The position numbers and the translations under genes were made by a program. This document shows positions 28,528-37,856 of a stretch of 64,000 nt of DNA, piece by piece (position 1 is the stretch's first letter; each line of letters begins with the position of its first letter). The stretch is from an uncultured Bacilli bacterium. Its GTDB lineage: Bacteria; Bacillota_I; Bacilli_A; RF39; UBA660. The notes beneath the pieces were generated by a model. It had not been told where the DNA came from and did not search any database. It worked only from the letters and a program-made list of their open reading frames with translations. The DNA lies in assembly GCA_934162195.1 (NCBI GenBank), contig CAKPHO010000005.1, positions 6,515 to 70,514 on the forward strand. The letters run 5' to 3'.

Positions 28528-29036
28528 AAAGCATAGTAAATTTTTTTGTAACAACATTTGGGGGATTAACTAGTTTAAAGTTTGGACGTGAAATATTAGT
28601 ATTTATTATTTCAATGATGCCAATATTAGAGTTACGTGGAGGATTAATAGCCGCATCACTTTTGGGACTATCGGGTGTTAAAAGTTTTATCATTTGTTTG
28701 ATTGGTAATATTATACCTATACCTTTAATTCTTTGGTTTATTACACCACTTTTTGATAAATTAAAGAAAACAAAAAAGCTAAGTAAATTAGTAAATAAAC
28801 TAGAAACAAAAGCAATGAATAAAAAGGATCAAATAGAGAGACTAAAGTATTGGGGGCTTCTTTTATTTGTTGGAATCCCACTTCCAGGGACAGGAGCATG
28901 GACTGGATGCTTAATAGCTGCCTTGCTTGGTATGGATAAGAAAAAATCAATGCTTGCATCCATTGGTGGAGTTGTTATGGCAGGAATAATAATGATGATT
29001 GTATCATTTGGTTTACTTAAAGGAATTATTGGTTAA
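28521..29036 (+). CDS. Small polytopic membrane protein (putative small multidrug-export family, COG2426-like)
   Basis: Four to five TM helices, LELRGGLIAA and GIPLPGTGAWTGCLIA motifs; RBS AGGAGG. Confidence 0.4.
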   Translation: MVESIVNFFVTTFGGLTSLKFGREILVFIISMMPILELRGGLIAASLLGLSGVKSFIICLIGNIIPIPLILWFITPLFDKLKKTKKLSKLVNKLETKAMNKKDQIERLKYWGLLLFVGIPLPGTGAWTGCLIAALLGMDKKKSMLASIGGVVMAGIIMMIVSFGLLKGIIG

Positions 29037-29111
29037 TAATTCTTTTTTCTTTATTGATAAAAAAGGTAATTCATGGTACAATAAAAATGTATTCATAGAG
29101 TGGGTGATAAG

Positions 29112-29354
29112 ATGGATGAAACAAAGATTTATGACAGTGAAGAGTTTGTTGATGCTAATATAATAAAGACTTTAAAAGAAGTTATTGAAGTATTAGAAGA
29201 AAGAGGATATAATCCTATCAATCAGATAGTTGGGTATTTAATGAGTGGAGATCCTGGGTATATATCTAGTCATAAAGAAGCACGTAATAAAATAACTAAA
29301 TTTGATCGTAATAAAATACTTGAAGTATTGGTAAAATATTTTATAAATCAGTAA
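29112..29354 (+). CDS. UPF0297/IreB-family protein
   Basis: GYNPINQIVGYLMSGDPGYISSHKEARN matches UPF0297 (YrzL/IreB); conserved position upstream of ruvX. Confidence 0.75.
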   Translation: MDETKIYDSEEFVDANIIKTLKEVIEVLEERGYNPINQIVGYLMSGDPGYISSHKEARNKITKFDRNKILEVLVKYFINQ

Positions 29355-29776
29355 TGAGATATTTAGGTTTAGATTTAGGTACTAAAACAATAGGTGTTGC
29401 TTTAAGTGATGTAACACATACAATTTCGTCTCCTCTAAAGATTATTAGATTTGAAGAAGGAGAGTTTAATAGTGTGTTACCTAAAATAAAGAATTTAGTT
29501 ACAGAGTTTAAAGTGGAAAAAATCATCTTAGGATTTCCTAAAAATATGAATAATACTATTGGTGAAAGTGGAGAAAGAGCATTATTATTTAAAAGTTTTT
29601 TAGAAGATAACTTGAATATTGAGGTTATAATGCAGGATGAGAGACTTTCAACAGTTGAAGCTAATAATTATATGTTAAAAGCTGATATGTCAAGAAAAAA
29701 AAGAAAAGATAAAATAGATGGATTAGCAGCTAATATTATTTTACAAACATATTTAGATAAAGAGAAAGGAAGATAA
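29354..29776 (+). CDS. ruvX: Putative pre-16S rRNA nuclease / Holliday-junction resolvase-like RuvX (YqgF)
   Basis: MRYLGLDLGTKTIGVALSD is the RNase H-like YqgF N-terminus; ~140 aa. Confidence 0.85.
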   Translation: MRYLGLDLGTKTIGVALSDVTHTISSPLKIIRFEEGEFNSVLPKIKNLVTEFKVEKIILGFPKNMNNTIGESGERALLFKSFLEDNLNIEVIMQDERLSTVEANNYMLKADMSRKKRKDKIDGLAANIILQTYLDKEKGR

Positions 29777-29777
29777 T

Positions 29778-30074
29778 ATGGAAAATAATAAAATGACTTT
29801 TAAAATATTAGGAGACGATGGAAAAGAAATAGAATGCGAAGTTTTATTTACTTTTGAATCAGATGAAACAAAGAAAAATTATATTGTATATACAGATAAT
29901 ACTTTAGATGAACAAGGAAATACTAAAGTGTATGCTTCAATATATAATCCAGACGAAGAAAATACTAATTTAATTCCTATTGAAACTGATAAAGAGTGGA
30001 AAATTATTGAAACTATTTTAGATGAATTACAACAACAAGCTAAAGAAAGTATAAATGGAAACGAGCAACAATAG
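29778..30074 (+). CDS. DUF1292 (YrzB-like) protein
   Basis: Acidic ~98 aa protein in the conserved yrzL-yrrK-yrzB-mltG arrangement. Confidence 0.6.
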   Translation: MENNKMTFKILGDDGKEIECEVLFTFESDETKKNYIVYTDNTLDEQGNTKVYASIYNPDEENTNLIPIETDKEWKIIETILDELQQQAKESINGNEQQ

Positions 30075-30080
30075 CTCGTT

Positions 30081-31169
30081 TTGTATATGCGTAGATTAAA
30101 ACCAAAAGTTAAAATAGCGTTAATTATAGTTTCTGCTATTTTGTTGTTTGTAATATTATGTGGTTTTGTATATAGAATAGGAATAGGAAGAGTTAGTAAA
30201 GATGAAACTTTAAAAGAAATAGAGGTAACGTCAGGAAATACTTATATGTCTGTTTCTAAAACTTTGAAAGATAATCATTTAATAAAATCAGAATTTTTCT
30301 TTAAAGTTTATGTTAAGTTACATAAACCTACTTCACTTCAAGCAGGCAAATATGAATTGAGTGAAAATATGAGTGTTAAAGAAATAATTAGCGTTTTATC
30401 AAATGGTAGTACATATAATCCTAATGTTGTTTCACTTACTTTTAAAGAAGGTATTAATATGCGTAATGTTGCTAAAATAATCGCAGAGAATACTGAAAAT
30501 ACAGAAGAAGATGTTTTTGTAACACTTTCAGATACTAATTATCTAGATGAATTAATAAAAAAATACTGGTTTGTTACAGAAGCGGTAAAAAATAAAAATA
30601 TTTATTATTCACTAGAAGGTTATTTATTTCCAAACACATACAGTGTTAATAAAACGGATAGCGTAAAAAAAATATTTGAGATGATGCTTGATAATATGTC
30701 ATTAAAGTTATCACCTTATAAGGAACAAATTCAAAGTAGTACGCATAATGTTCATGAAATACTAACACTTGCATCTATTATTGAATTAGAGGCTGGAAAT
30801 AGTAATGATCGTAGTGGTGTAGCTGGAGTTTTTTATAACAGATTAAAATCTGGATGGTCATTAGGTAGTGATGTTACTACTTATTATGGTGCAAAAATAG
30901 AACTACACGAAAGAGATTTATATCAAAGAGAAATAGATGAATATAATGCTTATAATACAAGAAGTAGTCAGATGGCAGGGCGTTTACCAGTTGGGCCAAT
31001 CTGTCTTCCTAGTTTAGATTCTATTTCTGCAGCTGTTAATCCAACCATTTCTGAATATTATTATTTTGTAGCTGATAAAAATAAAAAAACATATTTTTCT
31101 AAAACATATGAAGAACATGCACAGACTGTTGCTTCATTAAAGAGTCAAGGTTTATGGTACGAATATTAG
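30081..31169 (+). CDS. mltG: Endolytic murein transglycosylase MltG (YceG family)
   Basis: N-terminal TM anchor; YceG-like domain; conserved position after yrzB. Confidence 0.75.
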   Translation: MYMRRLKPKVKIALIIVSAILLFVILCGFVYRIGIGRVSKDETLKEIEVTSGNTYMSVSKTLKDNHLIKSEFFFKVYVKLHKPTSLQAGKYELSENMSVKEIISVLSNGSTYNPNVVSLTFKEGINMRNVAKIIAENTENTEEDVFVTLSDTNYLDELIKKYWFVTEAVKNKNIYYSLEGYLFPNTYSVNKTDSVKKIFEMMLDNMSLKLSPYKEQIQSSTHNVHEILTLASIIELEAGNSNDRSGVAGVFYNRLKSGWSLGSDVTTYYGAKIELHERDLYQREIDEYNAYNTRSSQMAGRLPVGPICLPSLDSISAAVNPTISEYYYFVADKNKKTYFSKTYEEHAQTVASLKSQGLWYEY

Positions 31170-31747
31170 ACTTAGAAGATTATGCTCATAAAAATAATAT
31201 TCCTATTATGATGAAAGATGGAATTGAGTTTTTATTAGACTATATTAAAAATAACAATATAAAAAATATTCTAGAAATTGGTTCAGCAATTGGTTATTCG
31301 GCAATCAAAATGGCTTTAGTAGATGATAGTATTAAAGTTACAACAATAGAAAGAGATGAAGAAAGGTATAAGGAAGCTTTAAAAAATATTAAAGATTTTA
31401 ATTTAAATAGTAGAATAAATATTATTTTAAGTGATGCTTTTGAAGTAGAATTTAATGATAAATATGATTTAATATTTATTGATGCAGCTAAGAGTCAGTA
31501 CATCAAGTTCTTTGAGAAGTTTAAAGAAAATTTAAATGATAATGGAGTTATTGTTTCTGATAACTTAAATTTTCATGGACTTGTTCATGCGGATGAGAAA
31601 AATCTTAGTAGAAATGTCAGAGGCCTTGTTCGAAAATTAAATAATTATGTTGATTATTTAAAAAGTAATAAAGAATTTAAAACTTTATTTTATGATATTG
31701 GTGATGGAATTAGTATCAGTAAAAAGGTAGGTGTTAAAGATGAATAA
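31154..31747 (+). CDS. Class I SAM-dependent O-methyltransferase (YrrM-like, family 3)
   Basis: SAM-binding motif ILEIGSAIGYSAI; DLIFIDAAKSQY; conserved position after mltG. Confidence 0.7.
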   Translation: MVRILDLEDYAHKNNIPIMMKDGIEFLLDYIKNNNIKNILEIGSAIGYSAIKMALVDDSIKVTTIERDEERYKEALKNIKDFNLNSRINIILSDAFEVEFNDKYDLIFIDAAKSQYIKFFEKFKENLNDNGVIVSDNLNFHGLVHADEKNLSRNVRGLVRKLNNYVDYLKSNKEFKTLFYDIGDGISISKKVGVKDE

Positions 31748-32078
31748 AAAAGGATTTACTTTAGTTGAACTTATTGGAGTAGTGGTTATATTAGGGCTTA
31801 TTGCTCTAGTGGCTTTTCCAGCTTTATTAAATCAAATTAAAGATAGTAAGAAACAAGTTAGTGATAGTCAAAAAGAAATCATTATTTCTGCCGCAAAAAG
31901 CTATGTTTCTGAAAACAAAAATAATTATGCAGATATGTCATCTTTCGAAATTCCTGTTAGTGACTTAATAAATGGTAGTTATCTTGATAAAAACATTATT
32001 AATTCACTTTCTAATAATAATAATATAGTAGTTACTTTTAATAACGGAACTTATGATGTAGTAATAAAAACAGGTTAG
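31740..32078 (+). CDS. Small pseudopilin-like protein (class III signal)
   Basis: MNKKGFTLVELIGVVVILGLIALVAFPALL is a G|FTLVE prepilin motif; 113 aa; RBS AAGGTAGGTG; overlaps the 3' end of the methyltransferase gene. Confidence 0.7.
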   Translation: MNKKGFTLVELIGVVVILGLIALVAFPALLNQIKDSKKQVSDSQKEIIISAAKSYVSENKNNYADMSSFEIPVSDLINGSYLDKNIINSLSNNNNIVVTFNNGTYDVVIKTG

Positions 32079-32138
32079 TTAAAAATAAAAGTAGAAATAT
32101 CTACTTTTTTTTGTTATAATGTCTTCGAGGTGATTGTT

Positions 32139-32990
32139 ATGTCTAAAAAACTAATTATTCCATCTAATATGAAGATGATTAAACGTTTAAAAAATAAAGT
32201 AGACGGCTATATTTTATCTATTGATGGTTTAAGTGTGAATATGCCATATTATTTTAAACTTGATGAAGTGTTAGATATTATTAAAAAGAACCCTGATAAA
32301 GAAATTTTTGTAAGTTTAAATAAAAATATGCATGATAGTGACTTGGAAAATTTAAAAGAAGTTTTGTTAAAGTTAGATAAAACCAATATTAAGGGTGTAG
32401 TTTACTATGATATTAGTATAGTAAACCTAAAAGAAGAGTTAGGTTTAGAATTAGATTTGGTTTGGAATCAAGAACACATGACTAATAATTATTTTACAAT
32501 TAATTATTGGAAAGAACACGGGGTAAATTATACTTGGTTATCAAATGACATAACATTAAAAGAGATAAAAGAAATAGAAAAAAATGTCAGTAGCAGACTT
32601 ATGATAGAGTTGTTTGGTTATGTTTCGATATTTACATCTTATCGTCATTTGGTTAACAATTATTTAAAGACATTCAATTTGGAAGAAAAGTCAGAATATT
32701 ATATTGAAAAAGAAGGTAAATCGTATTCAATTATTGATGATAGAAACGGAACTACTGTTTATTCTAGCAATATTTTAAATGGTCTTTATGAAAGTGTAGA
32801 ATTAAATAATTTAGATTATATTATCTTAAATAGTTACAATATAGATGAAGATTGCTTTGAGATAGTAGTAGAGTTATTTAATAATGCAAATGATAAAAAT
32901 AAAGTGGAATATAAGAAAATAATAGAGAATATGTTTAAAAATACAGATTCGGGATTTTTATATAAAGAAACGGTTTATAAGGTGAAGTAA
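32139..32990 (+). CDS. Peptidase U32-family protein (YrrN-like)
   Basis: RBS GAGGTGA then ATG at 32139; sits upstream of the canonical U32 peptidase, as with the B. subtilis yrrN-yrrO pair. Confidence 0.5.
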   Translation: MSKKLIIPSNMKMIKRLKNKVDGYILSIDGLSVNMPYYFKLDEVLDIIKKNPDKEIFVSLNKNMHDSDLENLKEVLLKLDKTNIKGVVYYDISIVNLKEELGLELDLVWNQEHMTNNYFTINYWKEHGVNYTWLSNDITLKEIKEIEKNVSSRLMIELFGYVSIFTSYRHLVNNYLKTFNLEEKSEYYIEKEGKSYSIIDDRNGTTVYSSNILNGLYESVELNNLDYIILNSYNIDEDCFEIVVELFNNANDKNKVEYKKIIENMFKNTDSGFLYKETVYKVK

Positions 32991-32991
32991 G

Positions 32992-34197
32992 ATGAAAGAA
33001 AAAATAAAAAAACCAGAGCTTTTAGCGCCTGCTGGTGATTTGGAAAGATTAAAGATAGCAGTAATATATGGTGCAGATGCGGTATATTTGGGTGGTGTTG
33101 ATTTTGGACTTAGAGCTAATACCGGGAATTTTGATTTAGATGATTTAAAAAAAGGTTTAGATTTTGCACATTCTCATAGATGTAAAGTTTATGTTACTGT
33201 AAATATAGTTTTACACAATGAAGAAGGTAAAAATTTAATTCCGTATTTAAAACAATTAGATAAAATTGGGGTAGATGCGATAATTGTTAGTGATCCAGCT
33301 ATTATTAAATTGGCTAAAGAAAATACTAATTTAGAAATACATTTATCAACGCAACAATCTACAATTAATAAAGAGGCTATAAAATTTTTTAAAAAAGAAG
33401 GAGTTACAAGAATTGTCTTAGCTCGTGAAACTTCAAAAGATGAAATAAAAAAAATAAAAGATGAGATAGATATAGAGTTGGAGTATTTTATTCATGGCGC
33501 AATCTGTGCATCTTATAGTGGAAGATGTGTTTTATCAAATTATTTAACAGCAAGAGATTCTAATCGTGGTGGCTGTAGTCAAATTTGTAGATGGGATTTT
33601 GATTTGGTTAATGATGAAGAAAAAATAGAAGGAGAGAAACCATTCACCTTTTGTTCTAAGGATTTATCGATGGCTGAATGTTTACCTGAACTAATTGATT
33701 TAGGTGTTGAATCATTTAAAATAGAAGGTAGAATGCGTTCAATTTATTATATAGCTACAGTGGTTAATATTTATCGTAAGCTTATTGATAAATATTGTAA
33801 TGATAAAGAACATTATGAATATAATAGTGAATATAAAAAGATATTAGATAATTGTTCTAATCGTGATTCAATAGTTCAATTTTTTAACGGTAAAAACGAT
33901 TATACTTTTGGATATTACAATGGTAGACAAGAAATATCTAATCAGGATTTTTTAGGTATTGTGCTTGATTATAATAGAGATACACATGAAGTTTTATTAG
34001 AACAAAGAAATTATTTTAAAAAAGGGGATGTTGTAGAATTTTTTGGACCAAATATAGAATCATTTAAATATCAAATAGGGGAAATAATTGATGAAGATGG
34101 TGAAAATATAGAGATTGTAAGACATCCTAAACAACGTGTAAAATTGATTGTTGATAAAACTTTAACTAAAGATTGTATGATGAGAATAAAAAGATAA
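32992..34197 (+). CDS. Peptidase U32 (collagenase-like, YrrO/RlhA-type)
   Basis: N-terminal U32 signature PELLAPAGDLERLKIAVIYGADAVYLGG. Confidence 0.8.
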   Translation: MKEKIKKPELLAPAGDLERLKIAVIYGADAVYLGGVDFGLRANTGNFDLDDLKKGLDFAHSHRCKVYVTVNIVLHNEEGKNLIPYLKQLDKIGVDAIIVSDPAIIKLAKENTNLEIHLSTQQSTINKEAIKFFKKEGVTRIVLARETSKDEIKKIKDEIDIELEYFIHGAICASYSGRCVLSNYLTARDSNRGGCSQICRWDFDLVNDEEKIEGEKPFTFCSKDLSMAECLPELIDLGVESFKIEGRMRSIYYIATVVNIYRKLIDKYCNDKEHYEYNSEYKKILDNCSNRDSIVQFFNGKNDYTFGYYNGRQEISNQDFLGIVLDYNRDTHEVLLEQRNYFKKGDVVEFFGPNIESFKYQIGEIIDEDGENIEIVRHPKQRVKLIVDKTLTKDCMMRIKR

Positions 34198-34273
34198 AAA
34201 AGAAGTTGACAAACGTGTTAAAGTGTAGTATCATTTTGTCAGTTTGATAGAAAAAGACACAGAGGTGATTAAT

Positions 34274-34738
34274 ATGTCAAAGGAAGTATATTTAACTCAA
34301 GAAGGGTTAGACGAACTAAAAAAGGAATTAGAGCATTTAAAATTTGAAAAAAGACCAGAAGTAATTAATGCATTAAAAGACGCCCGTGCTTTAGGTGATT
34401 TAAGTGAAAATGCTGAATATGATGCTGCTCGTCAAGAACAAGCTATTGTTGAAGGGCGCATTGTTGAACTTGAAGCAATGATTGAAAATGCTATTGTTAT
34501 AGAAAAGACAGCTACAGATGCTGTTAGTATAGGAACTAAAGTTAAAATAGAATATGTTGATGATAAAGAAACAGATGAATATTCTATTGTTGGGTCTAAG
34601 GAAGCAGATCCCTTCTTAAATAAGATTTCTAATGAATCTCCAATTGCTCAAGCAATTATGGGATTAAAAGTAGGAGATATTGCTCATGTTGTTAGTCCTA
34701 ATGGACAATACGATGTTAAAATATTAGAAATAATTTAA
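34274..34738 (+). CDS. greA: Transcription elongation factor GreA
   Basis: LTQEGLDELKKELEHLK...LSENAEYDAARQEQA is the GreA coiled-coil plus FKBP-like C-terminus; RBS AGAGGTGA. Confidence 0.9.
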   Translation: MSKEVYLTQEGLDELKKELEHLKFEKRPEVINALKDARALGDLSENAEYDAARQEQAIVEGRIVELEAMIENAIVIEKTATDAVSIGTKVKIEYVDDKETDEYSIVGSKEADPFLNKISNESPIAQAIMGLKVGDIAHVVSPNGQYDVKILEII

Positions 34739-34759
34739 GCACAATTGTGCTTTTTTTCT
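34737..34759 (+). terminator. Intrinsic terminator after greA (palindrome AAGCACAATTGTGCTT + T7)
   Basis: Perfect palindrome immediately after the stop, followed by a T-run. Confidence 0.65.
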
Positions 34760-34774
34760 TTATTGTGGTATAAT
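34745..34774 (+). promoter_or_regulatory. Promoter with extended -10 (TTGTGC-18-TGGTATAAT)
   Basis: TGGTATAAT at 34766..34774, upstream of the RBS AGAGGTGATGG and the ATG at 34793. Confidence 0.5.
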
Positions 34775-34792
34775 TTTTGTAGAGGTGATGGT

Positions 34793-35944
34793 ATGAGCAT
34801 TAATAATTTAGATGAATTTATTAGTGAAGAATTATCACAACGTCTTGGAGAGGAAATTAAAGGAAATTATTTTACTGATAAAATGTTATCTTGGTTGGAA
34901 ACTTTAACTATAAATTCAGTAACTTCTCCTAAAAATATCTCAAAATTAACAAATTTAAAAAAATTAAATATTTTAGGTCAAACTCAAGGGGAATATGGAG
35001 ATAACATAGTCATAGATTATGATGAACTAAATGAATTAAAAAATCTAGAACAATTAGTTATTGTAAATAATTATCATATTAAAAATTTAGATTTAAGTAA
35101 TTTAAAAAATTTGGAGTGCTTAATATTAGTTGCTAATCAAAACTTAGAAGTAATTAAGGGATTAAATTTACTTAAACATTTAAAACATGTTGTTATTGTA
35201 GGAAGTAATATTAAAAATAAAGAGTGGTTGGAAAGTTATATTTCAAATACAAAAAAGACAAAAATAAATATTTTAGATTATCGTTTATTTAATTACATTG
35301 CTAAAGATAAGAATCTTCAGAATAAACTATTTGAAACAATCGGTAGTTGTCAAACCAACTTATTATTTGCAGAAAAAATAGGTATTGGTGAGATATTCTG
35401 TTATACATACTCTATGATCGATGAAATATATACTCGAGCTAATCAAATAATTAAGGAGAATATTTCTGATAGTATGTCAGAAGAAGAAAAAGTAAGAGTA
35501 TTATATAATTATGTTATTAATCATTTAGATTATGATACAGAAGAACTAGAAAAAAGGGATAATTTAATTTTAAATGATGAAAAAATTATAAAAGTTTATA
35601 AGAACAAGTATAAATATATAAATAGTAGTTATAGAGCTTTTACTGTTGGTAAAGTTGTGTGTGAGGGGTATGTTAGTATGCTTATATATCTTCTTTCACA
35701 GATCGGAATAGAAGCAAGAAATGTGTATTGTATAGTGAAAGCTTTTGGTAAAAGTATAGAGGGATATTACAATCATTCCGCAATTAAAATTAAAATAAAT
35801 GGTGAATGGTATTATTTTGATCCACAAATAGAAGAAAAAAATCAGGCTAATAAATATTTTATGCAAACGAAAGAAGAATTTAGTGTAACTCATGATATTT
35901 TGGTTACAACTGAATTACAAGGAAAACAGAAAACAAAAAGATAG
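34793..35944 (+). CDS. Leucine-rich-repeat + transglutaminase-like cysteine-protease domain protein
   Basis: N-terminal LRR units (LTNLKKLNILG, LKNLEQLVIVNN, LSNLKNLECLILVAN, LNLLKHLKHVVIVG); C-terminal C/H/D triad context VVCEGYV...YYNHSAIKI...YYFDP (transglutaminase-like core); no signal peptide. Confidence 0.55.
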   Translation: MSINNLDEFISEELSQRLGEEIKGNYFTDKMLSWLETLTINSVTSPKNISKLTNLKKLNILGQTQGEYGDNIVIDYDELNELKNLEQLVIVNNYHIKNLDLSNLKNLECLILVANQNLEVIKGLNLLKHLKHVVIVGSNIKNKEWLESYISNTKKTKINILDYRLFNYIAKDKNLQNKLFETIGSCQTNLLFAEKIGIGEIFCYTYSMIDEIYTRANQIIKENISDSMSEEEKVRVLYNYVINHLDYDTEELEKRDNLILNDEKIIKVYKNKYKYINSSYRAFTVGKVVCEGYVSMLIYLLSQIGIEARNVYCIVKAFGKSIEGYYNHSAIKIKINGEWYYFDPQIEEKNQANKYFMQTKEEFSVTHDILVTTELQGKQKTKR

Positions 35945-35952
35945 GAGAATTT

Positions 35953-37464
35953 ATGGATGATATTTTACAACAATTGATTATAAATAAAGATAGTGTATAT
36001 CCAGAATTGAATGAGTTTTTAAAAAAAACAAATTGTGATGAATTATTAACTGTTTTAAATGGAGTAAAAAAGAATAAATTATTTGAATCATATTTTCATG
36101 GTCTTCATCATTCCCAAAAAGTATGCTTTTTTGCGTATTTAATTGCAAAAAATTTGAATATTGATGATATTGATTTAAAAATATTGTTAGATGGGGCTTT
36201 ATATCATGATATTGGTAGAATAAATGATAGTGAAGATAATATTCACGGATATAGTGCTGCCTATAGAATGGGAAAAGAACGTAAAGATTTTGGTTCGTTT
36301 TACGAAGATAGTTTAAAGTTTACTTATTTAAAAGCAATTTGTGACATGCATAGTGTAGAAGATGAACGATTTAAACAAATTTTTGATGATTATGAACTTG
36401 AAAATAGTGATATGGAATTTGAAAAATTTAAGTTGCTAGCTAGTATTCTTAAAGACGCTGATGCATTAGATCGTCAAAGGTTTAGAAAAACTACTCAGGT
36501 GGCTTTAAAAGAAAAATTTTTGCGTTTTGATATATCAAAAGAATTGATTTATATAGCTAAACTTATTAATGATCATTATAGCTATAAAATAGATGAAATA
36601 TTGTATGATAAGTATAAAGAAAAGTATGAAGGTGAAGCAAATTTAGGTTGTTTTCATGGAATAGGATTTGATTTTTTCAGATTAGAAAGTATTTTAAATT
36701 ATGGAATTCTTTCACAATATGAAAAAATAAAACAGGGTGTTCATTCTACAAGAAATTTTAATGGGAATAATGGTAATATTTGGGTATCAGTAGTTGATTC
36801 TAATGATTTAAAAAAAGATGGTAAAGCATACAATATTTTTATTAAAAATGGAATAAGTTTTTACTGTTTAGTGCCACATTTGATTGAAGGTAAAAAAGGG
36901 AAAAACAATAATGGGGAATTCGAACCTATTGATTCTTGGGAATATGAAGATGAACATTTTGTTTTTGATAAAATAGATTATAATAATATTCATTCTCTAG
37001 TTATAAAAAAGGAGGTTTTAAATAAAAGAATAGATGAAATAAATTATCTATGTGGTTCTTGTAATTATGATCTTGTTAGTCAGAAAATATCAAATTTTAT
37101 TGATGAAATAAAAAAGAGAAGTGGTATTAGTGTTGATGTTGAAGAAGCTAATATAATATTAAACAAGTTTAAAAAAGAAGTTATTGAATATGAGAAAAAA
37201 GATGATGATAAGCAAAAACAAACAAACAAAAAATTTATGCAAACTATAGATGGTTATATTTTAGCGTTGAATGAAGTTGTTAGAAAATGGATGATGCAAT
37301 TTTATTCAAGAATTTTGAATAAAGATGAAAACATTAGAGTTGGTGATGTTATTGCTGACATATTAAGTAGACATAGTGATAAAGTAAAAGATATTTATGA
37401 TAACGATGAAGTTGTTATAGTGTTAAATAATTTAGAAAAGAAACATAGTAAGGTATATGTTTAA
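35953..37464 (+). CDS. HD-domain protein (hypothetical)
   Basis: N-terminal H..HD motifs (YFHGLHHSQ...ALYHDIGR). Confidence 0.45.
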   Translation: MDDILQQLIINKDSVYPELNEFLKKTNCDELLTVLNGVKKNKLFESYFHGLHHSQKVCFFAYLIAKNLNIDDIDLKILLDGALYHDIGRINDSEDNIHGYSAAYRMGKERKDFGSFYEDSLKFTYLKAICDMHSVEDERFKQIFDDYELENSDMEFEKFKLLASILKDADALDRQRFRKTTQVALKEKFLRFDISKELIYIAKLINDHYSYKIDEILYDKYKEKYEGEANLGCFHGIGFDFFRLESILNYGILSQYEKIKQGVHSTRNFNGNNGNIWVSVVDSNDLKKDGKAYNIFIKNGISFYCLVPHLIEGKKGKNNNGEFEPIDSWEYEDEHFVFDKIDYNNIHSLVIKKEVLNKRIDEINYLCGSCNYDLVSQKISNFIDEIKKRSGISVDVEEANIILNKFKKEVIEYEKKDDDKQKQTNKKFMQTIDGYILALNEVVRKWMMQFYSRILNKDENIRVGDVIADILSRHSDKVKDIYDNDEVVIVLNNLEKKHSKVYV

Positions 37465-37480
37465 TAGTTGAGGTGAAAAA

Positions 37481-37846
37481 ATGAAAAAAGGATTTACTTT
37501 GATAGAATTATTAGCTGTTTTAGTTGTTTTAGGGTTACTTGGGCTAATAGTTATTCCTACTGTGGACAAAATATTAAAAGATAGTAGAAATGATTTATAT
37601 GATTTACAAATAAAAAATATAGAAGATGGGGCTAGAAATTGGGCAGCTAAAAATCCATTAATACTCCCTGAAAATGGTAATTCAATAACCAAAACAATAG
37701 CTGAATTAGAAGAAGAGGGATTTATTGAAATGGATGTAAAAAATCCTAAGACAGGGGACACTTTTTGTGATGATTCTTATGTAACAATAACTAATACAGG
37801 TAGTGGGTTTACTTATAGTTACGCTGTTGATTCAGGAAGTTGTTAA
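37481..37846 (+). CDS. Small pseudopilin-like protein (class III signal)
   Basis: MKKGFTLIELLAVLVVLGLLGLIVIPTV; 121 aa; C-terminal Cys pair. Confidence 0.7.
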   Translation: MKKGFTLIELLAVLVVLGLLGLIVIPTVDKILKDSRNDLYDLQIKNIEDGARNWAAKNPLILPENGNSITKTIAELEEEGFIEMDVKNPKTGDTFCDDSYVTITNTGSGFTYSYAVDSGSC

Positions 37847-37856
37847 TAGGTGATAT

